Positions 1 through 8,285 of a stretch of 64,000 nucleotides of DNA are shown piece by piece (positions within the stretch are counted from its first letter, which is position 1; every line of letters begins with the position of its first letter). The notes below the pieces were generated by a model. The model saw only the letters and a list, made by a program, of their open reading frames with translations. It searched no databases and had not been told where the DNA came from. Made by a program: the position numbers and the translations under genes. Origin of the DNA: a virus (lineage: Duplodnaviria; Caudoviricetes); IMG/VR virus record IMGVR_UViG_3300044740_000023, positions 21,806-85,805 of that record, one strand, 5' to 3'.

Positions 1-1
1 C

Positions 2-733
2 ATCCGCTTCAAGCGCTCCAAGCGTGTCGTCGGAGGTAACGACGAAATCGTGGACGTGCGGTTGGGCGACGACCTGCGGCGCACGCTGCCCAACGAGCTA
101 TCGCAGCTTGCGGCAGGCGGCGCGGCTGCGGACGACTTCTACTCGCGCTTCGTGAGCAAAGAGGTCATGGAGTACCAGACCGTAGGCGAAGAGCACGCCG
201 GTCGCGGCCCGATTCTCATGGTCCTCGACGGCTCCGGCTCGATGCACGGCGACCGCAACGTGTGGGCGCGAGCCGTGGCGATGTGTCTGCTGCACATCGC
301 GCGACTGGAGCGGCGCGACTTCGCGCTGGTCGAGTTCTCTGGCGGGCACCAGACCGAAGAGTGGCACTTCAAGGCCACCGACCCGATGCCCGGTCAGCGC
401 GTGCTCGACATGGCATCGCACTTCTTCGGAGGCGGCACCGTGCCGCTCCTCGGCATCGAGCGTGCGAAGAAGATCATGGCCGAAGCGCCCGCGTTCAACA
501 AGGCGGACATCGTGCTCGTTGGCGATGGTGAATCCGGCTTCGGTCCCGAAGATGAGCGACTACGCTCAGAGCTTACGTCGATGGGCGTGCGCATCTTCGG
601 AATCTGCGTCGGCGGCTCGTGGGACTACATCACGAAATACTGCGAGCCAGACGGACATGTCGTGGACGTTCACGACTTCAACCTACAAGACCCAAGCGCG
701 GCGACCGCCGAGCTTGCGACCCACATCACTTGA
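2..733 (+). CDS. von Willebrand factor A (vWA/MIDAS) domain protein, 5'-truncated by the window
   Basis: MIDAS motif LDGSGSM, downstream GGGT and VGDG; frame is open back to base 2 (IRFKRSKRVVGGNDEIVDV). Confidence 0.85.
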   Translation: MRFKRSKRVVGGNDEIVDVRLGDDLRRTLPNELSQLAAGGAAADDFYSRFVSKEVMEYQTVGEEHAGRGPILMVLDGSGSMHGDRNVWARAVAMCLLHIARLERRDFALVEFSGGHQTEEWHFKATDPMPGQRVLDMASHFFGGGTVPLLGIERAKKIMAEAPAFNKADIVLVGDGESGFGPEDERLRSELTSMGVRIFGICVGGSWDYITKYCEPDGHVVDVHDFNLQDPSAATAELATHIT

Positions 734-853
734 ACGTGTGTGTGCGTTCATCGGGCGGCTGGAGGCACGGTCCTCGCGGCGACCGCCGAGCTTGCGACCC
801 ACATCACTTGAACGTGTGTGTGCGTTCATCGGGCGGCTGGAGGCACGGTCCTC
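698..853 (+). repeat. Perfect 78-bp direct tandem duplication (698-775, 776-853)
   Basis: GCGGCGACCGCCGAG...GGCACGGTCCTC occurs twice back-to-back and includes the vWA stop codon. Confidence 0.95.
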
Positions 854-862
854 CAGCCGCCC
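831..862 (+). terminator. GC-rich hairpin (13-bp stem, 6-nt loop), possible terminator or RNA processing site
   Basis: GGGCGGCTGGAGG-CACGGT-CCTCCAGCCGCCC; no U-tract. Confidence 0.55.
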
Positions 863-890
863 ATAACAGGACTCAAGTCAAGGAAAGGAC

Positions 891-1898
891 ATGACGACTC
901 ACACTCCCGGCCCGCTCACGGACATGGTTGCCGTCAGCGGCAAGTCCGGCGTCAAGCCGTTGGGCTACATCGTGTGGTTCAGCGTGCCCGACAAGCCGGT
1001 ACGACTCACGCATCTCAAGAAGTGTTGGGCGCTTGTCGGTGGACTGGACCCGAAAGTCCTTCCGCCCGATCCGCGCCCGCTGTACCTCTTCAAGCGTGCG
1101 ATGCGCGCTCAGGAGGGCAAGATTCGCAACGACGACGGCACGGTCACGGAGACCGACGTGAAGCCGATCAGCGAGGACCACGACATCTGCGACTACCAGA
1201 TCAGTCGCGTGACTCGTGACACGGCGAAACGTCAGGTGGACTACCCGAAGGCGATGCGCGTCACGTTCGACAAGCACAACGTCAACGACCCGCTCACGTT
1301 CTCCCCGTTCAAGGAAACTCCGCTGTCCGACATCCTGCCGATGCAGGAGAGCATCGAACAGTATTACGAGCAGAACGGCAAGATGATCGACGGGCGCAAA
1401 GTGCGCACGATGGTCCGCGAGTTCATCCGCGACGACGACAACCGCGCCGACCAGAAGGACGGCACGACCGGGCTGAGCGGCGAGAACCTGCGAGGCAAGG
1501 GCGGCGGCGTGTACTTCGTGCTGGAGAAGTACAAGGACAAGCTCGACGGTCTGGCGGAAGCGCTGCACGAGCTTCACCCGGATGGTTCGGCGTATCTCTA
1601 CATGGTCCCGCTGGCGGACGGCGCGAGCGAGCGCGAGCTTGTGCGGCGTCACCACGTCAACAACACCGTGAAAGAGATGCAGGAAGCGATGGCGGACGTT
1701 GGTGCGCTGCTGCGCGAAGATCGCAAGCAGGCCGTGCGCTCCGACCACGCGGCGTTCCATTGGCAGCGGTTGCAGGCGCTCCGCAGACGTGCTGCGGAGT
1801 ACAACGCGCTGCTGGAGGAGGAGCAGGAGGACGTGACTCAGATGTCCGCGATGCTGGAGAAACAGCTTCGCAAGCTCCCCGGCGCGGTGGCGGCATGA
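891..1898 (+). CDS. Phage protein, DUF6744-like, coiled-coil C-terminus
   Basis: SD AAGGAAAGGA; GENLRGKGGGVYFV motif recalled for this family; heptad-rich C-terminus. Confidence 0.45.
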   Translation: MTTHTPGPLTDMVAVSGKSGVKPLGYIVWFSVPDKPVRLTHLKKCWALVGGLDPKVLPPDPRPLYLFKRAMRAQEGKIRNDDGTVTETDVKPISEDHDICDYQISRVTRDTAKRQVDYPKAMRVTFDKHNVNDPLTFSPFKETPLSDILPMQESIEQYYEQNGKMIDGRKVRTMVREFIRDDDNRADQKDGTTGLSGENLRGKGGGVYFVLEKYKDKLDGLAEALHELHPDGSAYLYMVPLADGASERELVRRHHVNNTVKEMQEAMADVGALLREDRKQAVRSDHAAFHWQRLQALRRRAAEYNALLEEEQEDVTQMSAMLEKQLRKLPGAVAA

Positions 1899-2086
1899 GC
1901 CGTCGCCGCGTTGGATGGCAGGTCCCACGCACTCGTCCTATCGAGATTGAGTGCCCGCATTGCAAGGCCAAGCCGCTGCACCCATGCAAGACAGCGAGCG
2001 GCTGGCCCATTCGCGGCTACCACCAGAGGCGCAAGCACGAGGCCGCGTTCATCAACTACCTCGACGTAAAGGGAGGATTCCGCTGA
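1895..2086 (+). CDS. Small phage zinc-finger protein
   Basis: CPHCKAKPLHPC...GYH..R pattern; ATGA overlap with upstream stop. Confidence 0.6.
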   Translation: MSRRRVGWQVPRTRPIEIECPHCKAKPLHPCKTASGWPIRGYHQRRKHEAAFINYLDVKGGFR

Positions 2087-2532
2087 TGGCGGTACGAGTG
2101 AAGATCAGACGACTGAAGTTGCTGCAACTGCTGGAACAGGCCAAGCAGCGCAAAATCGCGGCACATGAGAAGCACATCGAGAAGTACAACGAGGCGCTCG
2201 CGAAAGCGCGCACAGAAATCGTCAAGGAGCTTCGCGCCAAGGCCGACGCAATCGAGGCTGGCGAGGATGTCTACCTTCGCAACGAATCGCGGGATAAGGA
2301 ACAACGCCCGCGCAAGGGACAGCGCTACGGCAGAACTGTCTACGTCAACATGCTCTGCTTCGACTCGAAGATCACGGTCCCGCGCAAGCCGGAACGCAAC
2401 GACAGCGAGATACACGAGATCGAGCGCTGCATCAAGCTGCTCGACGCGAGCGAAGAGGACACGATCACGGTCGGTGAGACCGACCTGCGCACCTACGGCA
2501 TCGGCTCCGCGCTCGCGCTGGAGGACGACTAG
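2086..2532 (+). CDS. Hypothetical protein (charged helical N-terminus)
   Basis: TGATG coupling at 2086; GGAGG upstream. Confidence 0.6.
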   Translation: MAVRVKIRRLKLLQLLEQAKQRKIAAHEKHIEKYNEALAKARTEIVKELRAKADAIEAGEDVYLRNESRDKEQRPRKGQRYGRTVYVNMLCFDSKITVPRKPERNDSEIHEIERCIKLLDASEEDTITVGETDLRTYGIGSALALEDD

Positions 2533-2736
2533 GTGCCGCGCAAAGCAGGCTACGTCTACGTCGAAGTCGATTGGGAGCTTGACGGCCACTCGATGCGAAG
2601 CGCAGGCGTGACACGGATCGTCGGCATTCCCATCGACGAGTTCAACGACAGGTTCAACGAGCCGCCCGAGGAGTGGGTCGCTGACTGGCTCAGCGACGAG
2701 CTTGGCTGGCTCGTCAAGGGATGGAGTTTCGCATGA
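2533..2736 (+). CDS. Hypothetical acidic protein
   Basis: Abuts upstream stop, overlaps next start. Confidence 0.5.
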   Translation: MPRKAGYVYVEVDWELDGHSMRSAGVTRIVGIPIDEFNDRFNEPPEEWVADWLSDELGWLVKGWSFA

Positions 2737-3785
2737 CCAGTACGTTCGCGGACATCGAGCGGTCGCTACGACAGCCGCCGCCGATGTCCGAAGCACCTAC
2801 GCTCGCGCCGCTCAATCTGGATGAGCGCAGCGGCAACGAGCTTCGCCCGGCGACCTTCGATGAGATGGTCGGGCAGACACGACTCAAGTCGCTTCTACAG
2901 CGCGTGGTCTCGGTCGCCAAGACGACCGGCAAACCGCTCGACCACATGCTGCTTGTCGGCAGCGCTGGCACCGGCAAGACCACCTTCGCGCTCGTGATCG
3001 CGCATGAACTCGGGACGCGCGTGTTCATGCTCAAAGCGCCCGTCGCGTTCAACATGTTCGAGGCGCTGGCGCAGGCGGCGCGACCCGGCGACGTGTGCGT
3101 GATCGACGAGATTCATCTCCAATGTTCTGGTGATCGTCGCGGACTCACCCAAGCTGCGGACCCCGAGGTTTTCTACCACGTCCTTGAGGACAAGCGACTC
3201 ATGGCCGAGAGCACGATGATCCCATTCCCCGACGTGACCTTCATCGGCTGCACAACTGACGCCGGACTCCTGCCAGAGCCGTTTCTGGACAGGTTCCCGC
3301 TCCAGCCGCAGCTTGACGAGTACACCGACGAGGAGATGGCGGTGCTGGCGAAGGCGAATGCCCGCTGGCTCGACATGCAGATCGACGACAGCGCGGCGCT
3401 GGTGTTCGCGCGCGCGAGTAGAGATGTGCCACGGCAGATCAACACCTACGTCCGCAACGCCCGGTCGCTCAACGTCGGCAGCATCGACGAGTGGGTGGCG
3501 AAGGAGATCGTCTGCTCGCTGAACAGCACGACTCTCGACGGGCTAACACGGGACATGCAGTTGATGTTGAAGTTCCTGCTGGCGTGCCGACGCGAAGATG
3601 CGAAAGGCAACGTCCGCTACCAGAGCGGTGTGAACAGCATCGCTACGGCGCTCGGCAAGTCGCGCGACTCGAAGGCGGTCGCGCTCTACGTCGAGCCGTA
3701 TCTCATCAAGGCGGGCTACGTCATCGTCACGCACGGTGGCCGCGCGCTCACGGACAGAGGCAGAGAAAGGGCAGAACAGCTATGA
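2733..3785 (+). CDS. ruvB: RuvB-like Holliday junction branch-migration AAA+ ATPase
   Basis: LRPATFDEMVGQ, LDHMLLVGSAGTGKTT (Walker A), DEIH (Walker B), TFIGCTT, DRF, C-terminal EPYLIKAG...GRALT; all hallmark RuvB blocks. Confidence 0.92.
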   Translation: MTSTFADIERSLRQPPPMSEAPTLAPLNLDERSGNELRPATFDEMVGQTRLKSLLQRVVSVAKTTGKPLDHMLLVGSAGTGKTTFALVIAHELGTRVFMLKAPVAFNMFEALAQAARPGDVCVIDEIHLQCSGDRRGLTQAADPEVFYHVLEDKRLMAESTMIPFPDVTFIGCTTDAGLLPEPFLDRFPLQPQLDEYTDEEMAVLAKANARWLDMQIDDSAALVFARASRDVPRQINTYVRNARSLNVGSIDEWVAKEIVCSLNSTTLDGLTRDMQLMLKFLLACRREDAKGNVRYQSGVNSIATALGKSRDSKAVALYVEPYLIKAGYVIVTHGGRALTDRGRERAEQL

Positions 3786-4018
3786 AGAGGCTACGCGAGC
3801 AGTTTCGCGCCGACGAGGACGCGCTTGAGAGCGCGGTCGCGATGGTCACGAATGACCTAAACGCCGTCATCAGCGACGACGACGTGCAGGGCACCTACGA
3901 GTCGCTGGAGAGCCTCACCAAGTCACTCAGCACGCTCGACGACAACGTGACGCAGTTCATGGAGAACGCGGAGCGCGCGCTGGAGGAGGCCGAAGCGAAG
4001 GCGGACGCGCGGACATGA
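3782..4018 (+). CDS. Hypothetical acidic coiled-coil protein
   Basis: ATGA coupling; AGAAAGG upstream. Confidence 0.55.
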   Translation: MKRLREQFRADEDALESAVAMVTNDLNAVISDDDVQGTYESLESLTKSLSTLDDNVTQFMENAERALEEAEAKADART

Positions 4019-4212
4019 AGCTCAACATGAAGGCCACGTTCACCGTCGAGGTGCCCGACGAGGCGCAGAGCGCGCAGGTGCTCGAAGCCGTGCGCGACAC
4101 GCTCACCGGCTTGCCGTTCACGACGATACGCAAGTCGGTCGGCGCGCGAAGCCACGACCTGAGCGACTCGTCGGTGATCCACGTTGGATTCGTACAGATA
4201 GGAACGACATGA
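4015..4212 (+). CDS. Hypothetical protein
   Basis: ATGA overlaps at both ends. Confidence 0.5.
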   Translation: MKLNMKATFTVEVPDEAQSAQVLEAVRDTLTGLPFTTIRKSVGARSHDLSDSSVIHVGFVQIGTT

Positions 4213-4415
4213 GCCGCACGAGGATTCACAACAGCATCGCCAACGGCACCGCGCGCTACGCGGTGATCCGCGAGAGCGACGGCACCTATTCCGTCGTTGA
4301 CAAGCAGAAGGACGGCGGGCCGGATCGCTACTGCTTTCGCGGCTCACGCACGAGCGCATGGCGTGAAGCCGCACAACTGGAGGAGGAACACCGTGAAGCG
4401 ACGCGGACTGTTTGA
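4209..4415 (+). CDS. Hypothetical protein
   Basis: ATGA coupling to upstream gene. Confidence 0.45.
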   Translation: MSRTRIHNSIANGTARYAVIRESDGTYSVVDKQKDGGPDRYCFRGSRTSAWREAAQLEEEHREATRTV

Positions 4416-5025
4416 CGAACTCGGCGCGGTACTCGGCACACCGCAGGACCGCCAGAAGGACGTGCTCACGAAAGCACTTGAGTTGCGCCGTCAGGCGTGG
4501 TTCGAGGCGCACGGCGACCGCTTCTACTACCGAGGCGGCGCGGACCTGCTGCTCCAGCACGGACGCTTCTACAGCGGTCGCGAGTGCCCCGACAAGTACG
4601 CGCATCTGAAAGGCGAGCCGTCGATGTGCTTCTACAACGCGCTGGCCGCGTGTGAAGCGTGCCCGGAGCTTCGCTACTGCGAGGGCGTATACGCCATCGG
4701 TCAGGGTCACTACACGCCGCATGCGTGGTGCCTCGACCCGGACGGCGAGCTTGTCGAGGTCACGTTGCCGACCGATGCGCAGAGCATCGCGATGGGCCTC
4801 GAATACACGACCGGACAGCGCGTCCTCAAACTCGACTTTTGGGGCTATTGGGGCGCGGTGTTCAACACGGAGTACGTGCAGGCGGTGAAGAACTTTCAGG
4901 ACGACTGCCTGCCGGTGCTGGACCGCCCGACTCAGGACGGGTGGGAGGAGAACTGCGCCGAGTGGCGCGAGGACTGGCACGTCTTGCGCGTGCCCTACGA
5001 CGAGAACAGGAGGACGATGGAATGA
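4393..5025 (+). CDS. Hypothetical protein with putative Cys-His-Asp (papain/transglutaminase-like) motif
   Basis: SD AGGAGGA before GTG; CFYNA...YCEG...PHAWCLD. Confidence 0.5.
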   Translation: MKRRGLFDELGAVLGTPQDRQKDVLTKALELRRQAWFEAHGDRFYYRGGADLLLQHGRFYSGRECPDKYAHLKGEPSMCFYNALAACEACPELRYCEGVYAIGQGHYTPHAWCLDPDGELVEVTLPTDAQSIAMGLEYTTGQRVLKLDFWGYWGAVFNTEYVQAVKNFQDDCLPVLDRPTQDGWEENCAEWREDWHVLRVPYDENRRTME

Positions 5026-5243
5026 TGGCGCGACTGCGCGGGCGCGCGTCACCGTGGCCGAACGGCGTCACCGTCGCGCAGCTACGCGAGTACCAAGGGC
5101 GCGTGCGCGCGATGGACGAGGCGGGCTTGGCCGACGAGCTTGAGCGCGTCGGTGCGCTGGACCCTGCGCTGCGCCATTGTCTGATCGGCGTGGTGCAGGA
5201 GCGGCTCATGCTGCTCGCGCGCGTGCGGGAGGTTCTGACGTGA
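5022..5243 (+). CDS. Hypothetical protein
   Basis: ATGA coupling; AGGAGG upstream. Confidence 0.5.
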   Translation: MMARLRGRASPWPNGVTVAQLREYQGRVRAMDEAGLADELERVGALDPALRHCLIGVVQERLMLLARVREVLT

Positions 5244-5572
5244 GGGTGCCAACGCCTGCCGTACCTAAGTGCGATTTTTGTTCGTCACGCCCGGTGACGT
5301 GGGACTTCCCATGCCGCGACTTCAGTATGTCCGTGAGCGAGCCGCTGACCGGCACGTTCAACAGCCACGAAGGATGGGCCGCGTGCGCGGCGTGCGCGGC
5401 GCTCGTCAGGAAGGGCGACAGAGAGGCGCTGGCCCGCAGATCGGTGAAGAGGTATCGCAAGCTCTACCCGCACGCGATCCCGCTGACGCTGCGCGAGGTC
5501 CGGCGTCTGCACGACACATTCTGGTCAAACCGCGAAGGAGAGGGGAAACCGTGGGACGGGACGCCCGGATGA
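5240..5572 (+). CDS. Zinc-binding hypothetical protein
   Basis: CDFC...WAACAAC; GTGA coupling; GGAGG upstream. Confidence 0.6.
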   Translation: MRVPTPAVPKCDFCSSRPVTWDFPCRDFSMSVSEPLTGTFNSHEGWAACAACAALVRKGDREALARRSVKRYRKLYPHAIPLTLREVRRLHDTFWSNREGEGKPWDGTPG

Positions 5573-5910
5573 AGCGCGAGCCATGCCCGACGTGCCCGTG
5601 GCGCGTGGACAAGCACGCCGACACGATCCCCGGCTTCAGCCTGGAGATGGCCGAGAACCTCGTCACGACCTGCTCGGGCGAGTTGGGCGCGCCGATGTTC
5701 GCGTGCCACCAGAGCAAGCCCGACAAAGAGATCGTCTGTCTCGGCTGGCTCGTCAACTACGGATGGGACTCGCTGACCGTGCGCCTCAACCTCGCAGCGG
5801 AAAAGCTGACGCCCGAGGACTTGGAGCGCGGCGAGGACTGGCCCGAGTTGCACGACACGTTCGAGGAAGTGATCGAGAAGCTCAGAGAGGACATGGATGC
5901 CACAACTTGA
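5569..5910 (+). CDS. DUF6283-like Cys/His-rich protein
   Basis: PCPTCPWR...FACHQS...CLGWL pattern; ATGA coupling. Confidence 0.55.
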   Translation: MKREPCPTCPWRVDKHADTIPGFSLEMAENLVTTCSGELGAPMFACHQSKPDKEIVCLGWLVNYGWDSLTVRLNLAAEKLTPEDLERGEDWPELHDTFEEVIEKLREDMDATT

Positions 5911-6358
5911 ATCAGGGCAACAGCCCGAGGAGGGGGTCCGTGCAGATTTTTCCTCAGAGGCTCCGACCCGCGAGGGCGATGAAACCCTGGCGGCGGTGGA
6001 CCGGCTTGAGGAGCTTGCAGAGAGCGCCGTCGCGAAGGTGCGCAGCGGCGAGACCAACAAACGCCGAGGCTTCACGATCACGAAGTTCGGCAAGCACCCG
6101 GACGGCTACTACCACGCGCGCGTCACACCGAGCGGCGGGGCGACCGTCTATGTGTTCTGCAAGTACGGCTCGTGGATGGCACCCGGCTCGATCAAGGGCA
6201 AAGCGGTGCTGAAGGAGGTTGTCCACAAAGAAGTGCTGGAAGAGCTTGCGCGCATGGCGCGGGCCGCACGTAGAAAGGAGGGGAGATCGAATGGAGACAC
6301 CGATACAGGTGAAGGGTCCGACGAAGGACCTGATGCTGACGGTGAGGATGCTCGTTGA
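5897..6358 (+). CDS. Hypothetical protein
   Basis: AGAGAGGA upstream; in series with neighbours. Confidence 0.5.
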   Translation: MPQLESGQQPEEGVRADFSSEAPTREGDETLAAVDRLEELAESAVAKVRSGETNKRRGFTITKFGKHPDGYYHARVTPSGGATVYVFCKYGSWMAPGSIKGKAVLKEVVHKEVLEELARMARAARRKEGRSNGDTDTGEGSDEGPDADGEDAR

Positions 6359-6464
6359 CTTGTACGGCGAGGAGGAATGCGAAGGCGCGCTCGAACGAGT
6401 GGCCGGACTCAAGCCAGAGCAAGTGCGCGCGGCGATGCAGCAGTACCACGCGAGCGACAACTAA
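6291..6464 (+). CDS. Small hypothetical protein
   Basis: SD GGAGGGAG before ATG at 6291. Confidence 0.45.
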   Translation: METPIQVKGPTKDLMLTVRMLVDLYGEEECEGALERVAGLKPEQVRAAMQQYHASDN

Positions 6465-6523
6465 CCCTCCACCAGTACATGACCGTGTGGTACGATGCCA
6501 CACATGAACACGGAAGGAGCCAC

Positions 6524-6955
6524 ATGGCTAAGAAACCGATGACGGAGCGCCAGAAGGAGATCAAGCGTCTACTCGACGGCGGCGCGGAGGTAGGCGAGAT
6601 CGCTGAGCTTCTGCACACCAGCGCGCAGGCCATTCACAACCAGATGTCACGCATGCGCGCGGCGGGGTATCTCCCGAAGGCCAAACGCGGAGGTCGGCGC
6701 GTCGCGGCGAGCGCGAGCGCGAGCGCGCCGACGCGCGATGTCGCCATTCCGCCGCCCGAGGTCGCAGCGCGGGCCGCGAGCAACGGCAGCCGCACGGTCG
6801 AGGAGCACTTGGCGACCGAGCTAAACGGCGTCATCACGCGGCTCGACGAGATCAGCAACGAGACAGCAGCACTCGCGGAGGAGGACGGGCGACTTCAGTC
6901 GCGGCGCGAGCGGCTGGAGGCCGCAACGAAAGCGCTGGCGGGCACCGCAGCGTAG
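6524..6955 (+). CDS. Helix-turn-helix DNA-binding protein with C-terminal coiled coil
   Basis: MTERQKEIKRLLDGGAEVGEIAELLHTSAQAIHNQMSRM (LuxR/sigma region 4-type HTH); SD AAGGAG. Confidence 0.7.
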   Translation: MAKKPMTERQKEIKRLLDGGAEVGEIAELLHTSAQAIHNQMSRMRAAGYLPKAKRGGRRVAASASASAPTRDVAIPPPEVAARAASNGSRTVEEHLATELNGVITRLDEISNETAALAEEDGRLQSRRERLEAATKALAGTAA

Positions 6956-6964
6956 AGGACGACT

Positions 6965-7000
6965 CGTGTGCGGGGCGTGACCAAGAGCGCCCCGCACACG
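6965..7000 (+). terminator. GC-rich hairpin (13-bp stem, 10-nt loop) just upstream of the recombinase SD
   Basis: CGTGTGCGGGGCG-TGACCAAGAG-CGCCCCGCACACG. Confidence 0.55.
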
Positions 7001-7012
7001 CGAAAGGATGGC

Positions 7013-8017
7013 ATGGACAACGGCAGCCTAATGGCGCGTTTCGAGCAAGAGCACATCGACCGACACAGCATCAGCAGTCAGCGGCGTCGCGTGACGCTGC
7101 AAACCCTCAAAGGACTGGCCGAGCGACTGGAAGGTCGCACGCTCGCAGAGCTAACGCCGTCCGACATCATGGCTTGGCAGGCCGCAGAGTTGAAGCGCGG
7201 TCTCGCACCCAACACGCTGCGCAACCGCGAAAGCATGGTGCGCGCGTTCCTGACTTGGGCACTCCAGGCTGGCGTCATCACGTTCGAGCAGTCAGCACGA
7301 CTCAAGTCGGTTCAACCGGCGCGGGGAACGCGCGTCAAAAAACCGCCGAAGCCCTACAAGCGCACCGAGGTCATTCGCCTGCGCGAGCAGATCGCGGAGA
7401 AGTACCCGGTCGCGCCCGTGAGGGGCCGTGGCTCGCTCGTCGTGCGCCGCTGGCTGGAAGGGCGCGCGAAGTACAGCGCCGTCGTGAAGCGTCACGCGCG
7501 GCGGCTCCAGCTTGAGGCGCAGGTATCGCTCGCGCTGGAGGAGGGGCTGCGCTTGCACGAGATACACCACCTGACGCTCGACGGGCTGTCGCCCGAGAAC
7601 GCGGCTGTAGTTGTGCAGACGGCGAAGCAGAAGCCCGGCGAGGTCCGGTATCGGGAAGTGCCGTGGACTGCCCACTCGCGCGCGCGCGTGAAAGAGTGGC
7701 TGGAGTTCCGGCGTCAGCTACCCGTCAAGCACGCCTCGCCGTGGCTCGCGCTCACGTCGGCAGACCCGCTCGCACCGCAGAGCTATGAATGGCTGCGCAA
7801 GTGCTTGCGTCCGTATTGCTGGCACCGGCTGCGTCACACCTTCGCTACGGAGCGCCTGCGCGCGGGCATGACGCTGGAGAAGGTGCAGGTGATGATGGGC
7901 CACGCACACCTTGAGCAGACGCTCGCCTACACGGAGATCGTCGGCTCCGATGTCACAACTCAAGCTGAGCGGTCAGAGAGCGAGTTCGCTCGCCTGATCG
8001 GACTGGAGGCAGCATGA
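7013..8017 (+). CDS. Tyrosine recombinase (XerC/integrase family)
   Basis: Catalytic set R (GLRLHEI), HxxR (HRLRHTFAT), H (MGH), Y (TLAY); SAM-like N-terminal NTLRNRESMVRAFLTW. Confidence 0.93.
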   Translation: MDNGSLMARFEQEHIDRHSISSQRRRVTLQTLKGLAERLEGRTLAELTPSDIMAWQAAELKRGLAPNTLRNRESMVRAFLTWALQAGVITFEQSARLKSVQPARGTRVKKPPKPYKRTEVIRLREQIAEKYPVAPVRGRGSLVVRRWLEGRAKYSAVVKRHARRLQLEAQVSLALEEGLRLHEIHHLTLDGLSPENAAVVVQTAKQKPGEVRYREVPWTAHSRARVKEWLEFRRQLPVKHASPWLALTSADPLAPQSYEWLRKCLRPYCWHRLRHTFATERLRAGMTLEKVQVMMGHAHLEQTLAYTEIVGSDVTTQAERSESEFARLIGLEAA

Positions 8018-8184
8018 ACACCGAGATGAAGGCACCGCCGTCGTGTCCGACGTGCGGGAAGGGGATGCACTACCACGGCGGCACCATCGGTTTCGTGTGC
8101 TGCGAGTGGAAGCTGCTCTATCGAGCGGGCGGTTGGTTCGACGCCAACGGCAAGCCCTTGTCCGACCGACGCCTGAAGGCGTGA
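8014..8184 (+). CDS. Small Cys-rich protein (56 aa, below the ORF-track cut-off)
   Basis: ATGA coupling; MNTEMKAPPSCPTCGKGMHY...CCEW. Confidence 0.35.
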   Translation: MNTEMKAPPSCPTCGKGMHYHGGTIGFVCCEWKLLYRAGGWFDANGKPLSDRRLKA

Positions 8185-8285
8185 CGCAAGTCGCGCGGTG
8201 CCGGTGCAGTACATGTCAGAAACACCTACCCACAACCCGACTAGGGGAGAGCAATGAAGCATCGTGAGCGAAAGGATGCCGCGAA

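Noticed and set aside
698-853. Direct repeat as a CRISPR array
   Set aside because: Only two contiguous 78-bp copies with no spacer; the nearby Cas4-like nuclease fits a phage RecB-family exonuclease, and no other cas genes are seen
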